This document shows, one piece after another, positions 10,738 through 19,024 of a DNA stretch of 48,620 nt; position 1 is the stretch's first letter; each line of letters starts with the position of its first letter. This stretch comes from Bacillales bacterium (lineage in GTDB: Bacteria; Bacillota_I; Bacilli_A; RFN20; CAG-826): positions 1 through 48,620 of the forward strand of contig JAEESX010000003.1 of the NCBI GenBank assembly GCA_016290145.1. The letters are read 5' to 3'. The translations under genes were made by a program, and so were the position numbers. The notes under the pieces were generated by a model that had not been told where the DNA came from, did no database searches, and saw only the letters and a program-made list of their open reading frames with translations.

Positions 10738-12027
10738 ATGACATTACTAAAGGGGAAAAAGATAATTGCTATTGGCGCTGCTATGCTTCCAGTAATGGTA
10801 GTAGGTACGCTTTTCTTTACAGCTAATAATCCAATTAGAGCAAGTAAGGCTTCCGCTTTTACTATGTCATTAAATGCCAATAATGCTCCAACACTTTCTA
10901 ATGGTGAAGGAACAATGACTGATGAAAAGAATGTTACTTGGGAATACCACAATGCCAGTGATTTAAATAATGGACACGTGAGTATTGGCCACCAAGGTTA
11001 TTTTGGTATTAGTTCTGCTTCCGATTGGGGCTACACCGCTATCAGTGAATTAACAGTTAACTTCACAGCAGGTACAGATGCTGAATTATGGTTATTAACT
11101 TCAGTGGATGGCAGCGAATGGCACGAAGGAATAATTCTTGAATCCGGTGTTGCTACAAACTGGGCAAATAATTGGAGATACGTCCGTTTCTATTGTTGGG
11201 ATGATAACAATGGCACTATCGATGTTACTTCCGTTAACTTCGGTTATGAATGCCAAGGAATCAGCAGTACAGATGATATCGACTGCGCATTCGCAGACAA
11301 TATTGGAAAGACCAACAATCTAACAGTGGCAAAAGAAACATCTATTATTTCTCCTCGTGGAGACAGCCAAGAAGCTGTTTATCTAACAAGAACTGGTAAT
11401 AGTAGTTATTGTGAATTCTTGCTTAAACAAAAACACATGATTCACGATCTCCACACCTACACAATTGAATTTGATTACTACCACAAGAATAATCAAAACA
11501 AACCAACAGTCCAATTCTTCAACGCTACTGGATCAGTTGGTGGCGCAGGTACTTATGGTGCCCCTTCTAAAACAAATTACAAATTCAGTGATATCGATAG
11601 TGATTGGTGGCATATTGAAGTTCAAATTTCTTCTATGGTTGCCACACATGTTGGTCACTCAGATACTGTTACTGCTAATAAAGAAGTCGACAGAATTAGA
11701 CTTACAACAAGTAACTGTGCTATCGACAATTTGAAAATTGGTGGCATTCCATCAAATAGCAACCATCCATTAGGTATTTATAACAACGGTACATCATTCA
11801 GTAACGGCGGTTACTATTGGATGAAAGTTTCATGGGCGGGCGTGTTACATAGTTGTACATTCTCATTCGATGTTCCAGGTATTGCGGAACAAGAAAATGA
11901 TCCAACTAGTGTCATTCCATTCTATTTACACGGATTAAGTTCAGGTACAGTTGTCGTTACCGCTACTGTGGTGTCCGGATACAATAGAAGTGTCGCAACA
12001 ATCTCAAATACAATTACAGTTAATTAA
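10738..12027 (+). CDS. Secreted beta-rich protein, paralog B
   Basis: Signal peptide ending ASKASA; shared blocks LNANNAP-L-NGEG-MTD, EFDYY, WWH-E, IDNL, KVSWAGVLHSCT. Confidence 0.85.
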   Translation: MTLLKGKKIIAIGAAMLPVMVVGTLFFTANNPIRASKASAFTMSLNANNAPTLSNGEGTMTDEKNVTWEYHNASDLNNGHVSIGHQGYFGISSASDWGYTAISELTVNFTAGTDAELWLLTSVDGSEWHEGIILESGVATNWANNWRYVRFYCWDDNNGTIDVTSVNFGYECQGISSTDDIDCAFADNIGKTNNLTVAKETSIISPRGDSQEAVYLTRTGNSSYCEFLLKQKHMIHDLHTYTIEFDYYHKNNQNKPTVQFFNATGSVGGAGTYGAPSKTNYKFSDIDSDWWHIEVQISSMVATHVGHSDTVTANKEVDRIRLTTSNCAIDNLKIGGIPSNSNHPLGIYNNGTSFSNGGYYWMKVSWAGVLHSCTFSFDVPGIAEQENDPTSVIPFYLHGLSSGTVVVTATVVSGYNRSVATISNTITVN

Positions 12028-12030
12028 AAT

Positions 12031-12060
12031 AAAAAGCCACCATCGCGGTGGCTCTTTTTT
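12031..12060. terminator. Bidirectional intrinsic terminator
   Basis: AGCCACC-atcgc-GGTGGCT flanked by A and T runs. Confidence 0.8.
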
Positions 12061-12071
12061 ATTCATAAATA

Positions 12072-12788
12072 TTAATGAAGAAAGAATATCGAAAAAGCGA
12101 TTACAAACTGCGCTACATAGTAGAACACAGAATAAGTCGCCATATATGTTTTTGATCTTTTACCTGGCTTAAAATACGCACCTGTAAGCATCATATCACT
12201 TGATGCGAAGAATACCGCACCAACGAAGAACATGATAAGTGTACGCATTGCAAATTGATGCAAAATAGCCATACATAATGATGAGAACACCATTGAAGAT
12301 AAACAGTATAAATAGAAGATACCAAATGGTAACATTCCCTTACCAAAATTGATTCCCACTTTTCTAGCAATAAGCATATAAACACCAATGAATACAAGCG
12401 GTAAGACAAATGGCAAGATAATGAATATTGCGTTGCCAGGAAAATAGAATCCCGCAAGAATACCTGCGATATAAAAGACATGACCTAAAGCAAAGGCAAA
12501 CATACCAATTAAGATCCAAGCCTTTTTGGCTTTACCACTGGTGATGTATTTAAATCCTAAGAAGAAGTCACCGAGCATACCAAAGAATAAACCTAACACG
12601 GTAAATAATTTGAAAAGGAAAGATCCTTCTCTATTCAAGCAGAAATCAAGAATGCCTAATGCCACAAAGAACAATGAGGCAATGGTTTTAAAAATGATTG
12701 TTTTAAGAGAGTAGTTAATGACTTTGCTCACAATGAAAACAATAGACATTGCTGAGCCAAGAACTAAAAGAATTATCGATGGTATCAT
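12072..12788 (-). CDS. YhhN / lysoplasmalogenase family membrane protein
   Basis: K-IAS, GL-FG-LGD-FL, GM-AFALGH-FY, GA-FF-SD, Y-Y-AQF motifs. Confidence 0.85.
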   Translation of the reverse strand: MIPSIILLVLGSAMSIVFIVSKVINYSLKTIIFKTIASLFFVALGILDFCLNREGSFLFKLFTVLGLFFGMLGDFFLGFKYITSGKAKKAWILIGMFAFALGHVFYIAGILAGFYFPGNAIFIILPFVLPLVFIGVYMLIARKVGINFGKGMLPFGIFYLYCLSSMVFSSLCMAILHQFAMRTLIMFFVGAVFFASSDMMLTGAYFKPGKRSKTYMATYSVFYYVAQFVIAFSIFFLH

Positions 12789-12937
12789 ACTTTTTTATTA
12801 TAACACTTTAATTTTATCTCGGTGGTTTTGTTTACCATTTTTCAAATTTGTTTCGATTTTATCGAGGTAATTATTGTTATTGTGATAACTACCTTATTGT
12901 ATTAAAATACAAACTATTATTAGGGAGAGATGACGTT

Positions 12938-14743
12938 ATGAAAATCAAATATTCAATATTCCCGCTTATATGTTCGTTATTAGTCGGATGTGTTCCATCT
13001 AATGGTGCTAAATCTGATGACAAAATCAAATTAACATCTAAAGAAATGACCACTTATCACTATACAAAAGACGAGTCCATCAAGACTGAGGTTTTCTATA
13101 GAAATGATATTTTGGTGAACACTCCATACATCTCCTTAAAGACTTATTACAATTTATTAACCAAACATGATTTAACCATTGTTAAGGGTGATGGTCATAA
13201 ATATACAGTCACAAATGCGAATGGCGAAGTCGCCACAATCGATACAGAAAATGACACACTTGCTTGTGCGGATTATCAAAACTTCATCAGCTCCACTATT
13301 TATAGACAAGACAATGTTTCTAATGTCTACTTTGATGGTGCGCCATTCTTAAGAGTGAAAGATGTTACTGCTACGCAAGCACCAACACCTAAAACAATTA
13401 ATTTCAAAAAATATAACATCAACCTTATCGGTAAAGATGATGACATTCTTCTCCCAGTTTCTACCGCATCTAATATGTTCATGGGACCAACCATGATTAC
13501 ATGTTTCTGCACAAATGATTCCATCTACTTTATTGATCCAAACGATCCTCAATGGGAAACAGGTTCTTTGATGTATGACAGCCACTACATCAGTGGTCTT
13601 AAAAAGACATTTAAGAATGGAACAAGAACTGAAGAAGAAGCCTTATTCTCATATGGTGAATTATGTTTCTTGATTGATACCTATTATGGTTTACCAGGTA
13701 GAGAATATCTCCATGATGCATTAAAAGCATCTAGAGATTTAGATAAAGTATTAAAAGAACATAGCGAAGTCACAAGACAAGCGAGAGAATTCTTAATGTC
13801 CACTGACTATGCTGAATACTTAGCGGGTATTAAAATGCTCGCAGCCTTCATTTCTGATGCCGGTCACTCTGTCGCTGATATAGGAACAAGTTACTACTTG
13901 TATCAAGATAGTTCTTTAAATTCAAAAGTTACTAAAGTATTAAACAAAATCAATTTCCAAGATTCAAAATACGAAGCACCAAGTAATATTGACTATAACT
14001 ATATGTATGGTCTTTATGATGCTAGACAAAATGGACCAAGCGTCTCTGCGAATAGTTATGTCCTAAAAGGTGACACATTATTCTATAGAATGGATCAATT
14101 TGATTTCGATATTTATGATTGGAATGATTTTTATAAAAATCCAATGACAAATCAAATGCCAAAAGATGCAGTCGGCAACTTTAAACGAATGCTTGAAAAA
14201 TATAAGAACAATTCATCAGTTAAAAATGTTGTTGTGGATATCAGTATTAACCCAGGTGGTTATGCGGATATCGTGAGTGCATTTATGGGCTTAATGAATG
14301 CTGGTACATATCAACACTCATACGATACAGTTAACGAAAGAGAAATCACTGTTAATTATGAATTCGATAAAAACTTCGATGGTAAGTTCGATGAACACGA
14401 CGCCGAAGTCCACTACGACTTCAACTTTGCAGTCTTATGTTCCGGTTATTCCTTCTCTTGCGGTAACTTATTACCAGCCCAAGCAAAAGAAAGCGGAATT
14501 GCTTTATTAGGTGATAAATCCGGTGGCGGTTCTTGTGCGGTTATCGATGCTTCAAGCGCGGAAGGTTTATACGTTAGATTATCTTGCCAAGATCACTTAA
14601 TGGGTTTAGATGGAACCGATTATGAATTCGGTGTTCCTGTGGATTATAGTTTGGTTACTAAAAACGGAAGTTATTATGACTTTACAAACTTCTACAATAT
14701 CTCATTGATGTCATTAAAGATTAATCGGTTCTATTCTGAATAA
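12938..14743 (+). CDS. S41 family peptidase lipoprotein
   Basis: Lipobox LVGC; DAGHS, VVDISINPGG, SFSCGN (catalytic Ser), LGDKSGGG; start at ATG 12938 after GGGAGAG. Confidence 0.82.
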   Translation: MKIKYSIFPLICSLLVGCVPSNGAKSDDKIKLTSKEMTTYHYTKDESIKTEVFYRNDILVNTPYISLKTYYNLLTKHDLTIVKGDGHKYTVTNANGEVATIDTENDTLACADYQNFISSTIYRQDNVSNVYFDGAPFLRVKDVTATQAPTPKTINFKKYNINLIGKDDDILLPVSTASNMFMGPTMITCFCTNDSIYFIDPNDPQWETGSLMYDSHYISGLKKTFKNGTRTEEEALFSYGELCFLIDTYYGLPGREYLHDALKASRDLDKVLKEHSEVTRQAREFLMSTDYAEYLAGIKMLAAFISDAGHSVADIGTSYYLYQDSSLNSKVTKVLNKINFQDSKYEAPSNIDYNYMYGLYDARQNGPSVSANSYVLKGDTLFYRMDQFDFDIYDWNDFYKNPMTNQMPKDAVGNFKRMLEKYKNNSSVKNVVVDISINPGGYADIVSAFMGLMNAGTYQHSYDTVNEREITVNYEFDKNFDGKFDEHDAEVHYDFNFAVLCSGYSFSCGNLLPAQAKESGIALLGDKSGGGSCAVIDASSAEGLYVRLSCQDHLMGLDGTDYEFGVPVDYSLVTKNGSYYDFTNFYNISLMSLKINRFYSE

Positions 14744-14755
14744 TAAAAAAGCGTC

Positions 14756-15922
14756 TTACTCAGGCGCTTTTTCTTTTAGAAATTGTTGTAAGAATGAATA
14801 ATGTTTTGAGAACGTTTCATTGAAGTACATCTTATTGATATACATCTTTTCATATTCTGCGTTTTCAAATTTAATCATGTATCTTGAAACATCAGAAGAT
14901 GATTTCTCTTTTTTCTTTTCCGTATCCTTAGGATGAATAAACGATGATTGTGCTTCTAATCTAAATCCTGGTTTTGGTTTCTTAGATGTATATAGCATTG
15001 CTTCTACGAAATCAATTTCAGAGATGCTACTTAGAGGAATAAATAACTTTCTGAATTTGTCTAGAGAGGCTTGTTTAAGAAGTTCTAAATATTGTTCGTT
15101 ATTTCCTAACTCCGCTTTCGAGACAAAGAGGAGTTTTTCTTCTACTGACAATTCACTTATCGCAGTCTTTAAATCTTGTGCGTTTTCTTTGAATCGACAT
15201 AAGGCAATTCTTTGATTTGGCTTATCATAGACCATCGCCATTTGGCTAACTGGATATTCGTTTAATAACTTATCGTGGCCACATACTAGAACGAGTTTTC
15301 TTTTGAAAATATCAAGACTACAACCATAGACACTAACGAATTGTTTCATGAAATAGCTTTCATTAATTTGTTCGTACATCTTTTTATCTTCAATATAGTC
15401 TTCACTTTCTCTCGCTTTATTTAATGCTTCGATAATGTATTCATTGATAGCCTTTAATTCTCTTTCGTAAAGAACCTTATCGTTTTTTTCAAATCTAAAC
15501 ATGATGAAGATTTTACGAGTGGCGGATGTTTTCCACTCAGTGTCATTAATGCCGGTGAACGATTGCTCCACTAGTGCATAGGAAAGTAACGAGATGCATA
15601 ACGCTGGAGCGTCACCTTTATACATTCCATCAAATATTTCAAATACACATTGGTCTAAATCAAATAAACTGATGCGTTCGTAAGATATAAATGAACCATT
15701 ATCTTTGCTGACAATAATGCAGTCTTCATAAATGGTAATAGTTTGACTGCTATAAGCTTCGTTTAATTCTCGATAACCAGAGAAGGTGAATTCAAAGATT
15801 TTCTTTTTTGGAGAGCCTTTTTTCACATAAGTACCTTGGTCTTTTCTTTTCGTAATTAAAATTACGATTAAAACAATAACCGTTATTCCAAAGATAGCTA
15901 AACCAATTATGAGTCCGATCAT
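14756..15922 (-). CDS. Hypothetical protein with N-terminal membrane anchor
   Basis: 388-aa ORF, AAGGGG RBS, single N-terminal TM followed by basic residues; no recognisable family. Confidence 0.75.
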   Translation of the reverse strand: MIGLIIGLAIFGITVIVLIVILITKRKDQGTYVKKGSPKKKIFEFTFSGYRELNEAYSSQTITIYEDCIIVSKDNGSFISYERISLFDLDQCVFEIFDGMYKGDAPALCISLLSYALVEQSFTGINDTEWKTSATRKIFIMFRFEKNDKVLYERELKAINEYIIEALNKARESEDYIEDKKMYEQINESYFMKQFVSVYGCSLDIFKRKLVLVCGHDKLLNEYPVSQMAMVYDKPNQRIALCRFKENAQDLKTAISELSVEEKLLFVSKAELGNNEQYLELLKQASLDKFRKLFIPLSSISEIDFVEAMLYTSKKPKPGFRLEAQSSFIHPKDTEKKKEKSSSDVSRYMIKFENAEYEKMYINKMYFNETFSKHYSFLQQFLKEKAPE

Positions 15923-15983
15923 ACTTCCCCTTAAAGATGATTTATTAATCTTGTAATCAATATAACTTAAAAATATAAATAGT

Positions 15984-16012
15984 AAAAGAAAAGCGATCGC
16001 TCACACGATCGC
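15984..16012 (-). terminator. Intrinsic terminator closing the candidate large ncRNA
   Basis: Minus strand GCGAUCG-ugugag-CGAUCGC-UUUUCUUUU. Confidence 0.85.
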
Positions 16013-16163
16013 GTTAACCGGTTGTTTTGTATCAGGGACGAGCCCTGACACATAACACAAGTTGAGTTCCTTCTGACTGGTGGTGCTTCTTGTTGACGAT
16101 ACGTTTTGAATTGATTAGCGTATCGGTGGCCAGTTTCCTCTAGTTATTAGCTTCGAGGCCGTT

Positions 16164-16244
16164 TTCCTTTTCGTCGTGTCCGGTACTGGATTTATCCCGT
16201 CAAACTCTAACGCGGGAACCAGTGATGCAAGCATCAGGGAGGAA
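16164..16244 (-). repeat. ncRNA core copy 3 (most diverged)
   Basis: UUCCUCCC-UGAUGcuugCAUCA-CUGGU-UCCCGC-GUUAGAGUUUGAC-GGGA-UAAAUCCAGU-ACCGGACACGACGAAAAGGAA. Confidence 0.75.
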
Positions 16245-16480
16245 TGTACCGATCGTTACCTTAATTCAGATAACGCTTTGCTAGTGCAACCATTAGCTAC
16301 GTTTTTTTGATTTCGTAGAACTCCTACATCAATTTGGAGGAGCTGGTTGGCTTATCTAGTCTTGAACTCGTTAGTCCTTTTCTTCGTGAAGTTATCTCTT
16401 CGGAAGTTCTTCACTATCGCTACACGTTTGTTGAGTTATGTAACTTAGGCTTGTTCTGCTTTAATTAGAAGCAGTGTTCT

Positions 16481-16556
16481 TACCTCTTCGATCGTGTCAG
16501 GCGGTGGGATTACGCCGTTAAGTTCTAACTCGGCAACCACTACAAGTAGGGAGGTA
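16481..16556 (-). repeat. ncRNA core copy 2
   Basis: UACCUCCC-UACUUGUA-GUGGU-UGCCGA-GUUAGAACUUAAC-GGCG-UAAUCCCAC-CGCCUGACACGAUCGAAGAGGUA. Confidence 0.88.
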
Positions 16557-16780
16557 AACCTTTAACCAATCCTAGGATTGATTAGCCGCTTGCGATCATA
16601 AACCAGAAGATTTAATCCTGGAACCTTACTATCAACGTCGTGTAATGGTTGATCGTCGATTTCGCGGCTGAACTTCATTGCCCCTTTGCAAAGCATCGTT
16701 GATTGGCTTTGCTTATTTCACGTTGCATGTTAACTTAGCGTGAATGGCAGTGTTATAAGGTATTGGTCTTATAACTTTTG

Positions 16781-16853
16781 TCCTCTTCGACTATGTCGGG
16801 CGGTGGGATTACGCTGTTAAGTTCTAACTCAGCGACCACTGTAGCAGGGAGGA
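16781..16853 (-). repeat. ncRNA core copy 1
   Basis: UCCUCCC-UGCUACA-GUGGU-CGCUGA-GUUAGAACUUAAC-AGCG-UAAUCCCAC-CGCCCGACAUAGUCGAAGAGGA. Confidence 0.88.
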
Positions 16854-17035
16854 TCGACCTCGATTATCACCGAAGTGACAATCTTACTAGTGCAATCATT
16901 AATCTATTGCTTTTAAGCTCTAGAACCGTCGTGTTAACTTCGTTTCCTACGTCGATTGTCTTACCTAGATTTGGGTTAGTGAGTAGCTATTGCTACTCAT
17001 TCCCATCAATTTGGTTTCCCAAGTTGATTGGTAAT

Positions 17036-17064
17036 AGTATCTTCTTTTTTATAAATTAGGTCAA
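17036..17064 (-). promoter_or_regulatory. Sigma70-type promoter for the candidate ncRNA
   Basis: TTGACC (17064-17059), 17 nt spacer, GATACT (17041-17036), with an AT-rich upstream region. Confidence 0.7.
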
Positions 17065-17228
17065 GCACTTTTTTAAAAATTTTTTTCAAGAAGTTAAAAA
17101 CCCTCGATGAAATCTCATGTTTTTTTATAAAAAATTTTCTAAAAATATTTTGTTATTAAAATTATTTCTTTGTTTTATTAATTATTTTTTAAATTGTTTA
17201 GTGCATACACGTATATATGTAGGCAAAA

Positions 17229-17255
17229 TAAAAACCGTCACGAGGACGGTCTTTA
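17229..17255 (-). terminator. Intrinsic terminator of the upstream small membrane gene
   Basis: Minus strand ACCGUC-cucgu-GACGGU-UUUUAUUUU. Confidence 0.75.
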
Positions 17256-17271
17256 GTTTAGAACAAACTGA

Positions 17272-17565
17272 TTATTCAGCTTTTTCTTCTTTAGCTTCTG
17301 CGACTGGTTGTTCTTTTTCTTTTTTGCCGAATGCCAATGGGACTGGAGCGCCTTTAATTGCGGCAACAAGATCGAGAACCCAAACAACGATAGAAACAAG
17401 TGGGACCACATTAAGAATTAAATAGATTAAGTGATCCTTGTTTTGGGCTTTTTCTTCGATTACGTTGAATAAACGGTAAAGGAAATAAATGATAGCCACA
17501 AAAATTGCGAAAACAATTCTTAAGCCTTTTCCAAGTCCGTCAACCCACTTCTTATAACCTTCCAT
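17272..17565 (-). CDS. Small 2-TM membrane protein
   Basis: AAAGGA RBS, two hydrophobic segments, charged tail. Confidence 0.75.
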   Translation of the reverse strand: MEGYKKWVDGLGKGLRIVFAIFVAIIYFLYRLFNVIEEKAQNKDHLIYLILNVVPLVSIVVWVLDLVAAIKGAPVPLAFGKKEKEQPVAEAKEEKAE

Positions 17566-17745
17566 GTTTGATTTCCTTTCTTAAGTTATATTTATTATAT
17601 AACTACATGAGTATAAACAAGAAGTATTTTATGTAAACATAGTTTAATATTTTCAAAAATATGTTCCGACATTTTTGCACGATGTAATCAAATTTTTTAG
17701 ATTTTTAAATATGTTTAATTACGGTAAAGAAATATAATAATTTTG

Positions 17746-18993
17746 ATGGGAAAAGATAAGAAGTATCCTCAAATAGATCCTGGTTTACCATACCATCGTA
17801 CTTGGCTTATTTTTTATATTGTTATTTGGATCATTGCTCTAATTAACAAACTAATGAATAAAGCAAAAATCGTTAAGAAGAACAAACTACCAAAACCTCC
17901 ATATATTTTGATATCCACTCACGCATCAATGCTTGATTTCTATATGGCGTTAATGCTCACATTCCCACATAAGGTTTATTGGATATCCACAGTAGAAGAA
18001 TTCATTCCTCGTTTCTTCATCTTTAGAAGAATCGGTGTCTTAGCAAAAAGAAAATTCACTAACGATCCTAAAGGCGCGATGAGATACATGGAAGTTCTTC
18101 AAAAGAAGAAGATTTTGGTCATTTATCCTGAGGCACGTTATTCTTTCATGGGAGAAACAGAGAGAATTGACAAGGGAATAGGCAAAATGGCCAAAATGGC
18201 GAACGTTCCAGTGGTTTTCATAAGAGAACACGGAAACTATTTATATTGCCCTCAATGGAGCGATCACAAGGTACGTAAAATACGTCCAATCGTTGATGAA
18301 GTTGAGACCATTATCACAAGAAACGATTTAGAGGTCATGGACGCGAATGATATTCAACAAAGAATCGAAGAGAACTTTGTGAACTCTGAAGAAGATTGGA
18401 TGAGAAGAAAACACATTCTCATCAAGTATCCTAACCGTGCAGTCGGATTAGAAAGAATCCTATATAAGTGTCCACATTGCGGAACCGAATTTGAAATGAG
18501 TACAGAAACTCACTTCATAAAATGTGACCACTGCGGTGCAAAATATGACTACTTAGAAAATGGTCAGTTACAACGCGTTGATGGAGAAGGTAAATTTACT
18601 TATCCAAGCGAATGGTATAAATGGGAAAAAGCCTGTGTTAAAGAAGAAGTCCTTAACGGCACATATCATTTTGAAGATGATGTTCGTGTGGAAAAGTTAT
18701 TAGGCGCAAAGATTGGCTTTGTTCCTCAAGAAGGCCACTACCACTTAACACACGATATTAATGAAGGATTCGTAGTCAAAGGAACTGATAATGACTTTGA
18801 ATTCAAACGTTCTTCATTACAAAGCTATGCTCTTCATATTGAATACAATTATTTAGATAGAGGTGCATTCCTCGAATTAGCGGATCTTGAAAGCATATAT
18901 TTTATATATCCACTAAACAAGCCAAAAGAATTAACAAAGATTCACTTCGCTGTTGAACATATCTACGATTTCAAAAAATCACAAATCAAATAA
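17746..18993 (+). CDS. Lysophospholipid / 1-acyl-glycerol-3-phosphate acyltransferase with Zn-ribbon extension
   Basis: HASMLD (HX4D), IYPEA, CPHC...CDHC. Confidence 0.85.
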   Translation: MGKDKKYPQIDPGLPYHRTWLIFYIVIWIIALINKLMNKAKIVKKNKLPKPPYILISTHASMLDFYMALMLTFPHKVYWISTVEEFIPRFFIFRRIGVLAKRKFTNDPKGAMRYMEVLQKKKILVIYPEARYSFMGETERIDKGIGKMAKMANVPVVFIREHGNYLYCPQWSDHKVRKIRPIVDEVETIITRNDLEVMDANDIQQRIEENFVNSEEDWMRRKHILIKYPNRAVGLERILYKCPHCGTEFEMSTETHFIKCDHCGAKYDYLENGQLQRVDGEGKFTYPSEWYKWEKACVKEEVLNGTYHFEDDVRVEKLLGAKIGFVPQEGHYHLTHDINEGFVVKGTDNDFEFKRSSLQSYALHIEYNYLDRGAFLELADLESIYFIYPLNKPKELTKIHFAVEHIYDFKKSQIK

Positions 18994-19024
18994 AGAAAAG
19001 CACCTCTTGCGAGATGCTTCTTTT

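Larger units (their letters stand above)
15984..17030 (-). ncRNA. Candidate large (~1.05 kb) structured non-coding RNA made of three diverged repeat units
   Basis: No credible ORF; GC-richer than its flanks; promoter at 17036-17064 and terminator at 15984-16012; dense hairpins including a cUUCGg tetraloop on the minus strand; three core copies with compensatory changes. Confidence 0.8.

Noticed and set aside
16164-16901. CRISPR array
   Set aside because: Units are ~75-nt diverged cores separated by more than 200 nt; no cas genes in the window.
15984-17030. Identity as RNase P, tmRNA, group I/II intron or T-box array
   Set aside because: GAGGAAACUGG and ACAAAACAACCGG only loosely echo RNase P and do not form P4. 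There are no tRNA-like ends, no GUGYG or domain V, no consistent P7 pair across copies and no GGUGGUACCGCG T-box. An Rfam scan is still needed.
16778-17059. 93-aa plus-strand ORF inside the candidate ncRNA
   Set aside because: TTG start, no RBS and Ser/Leu-rich non-protein-like composition. Promoter, terminator and UUCG loop all point to the minus strand, and the repeat copies differ by non-triplet indels.
17117-17425. 102-aa plus-strand ORF
   Set aside because: Spans AT-rich promoter DNA and a terminator, and is antisense to a better-supported membrane gene.
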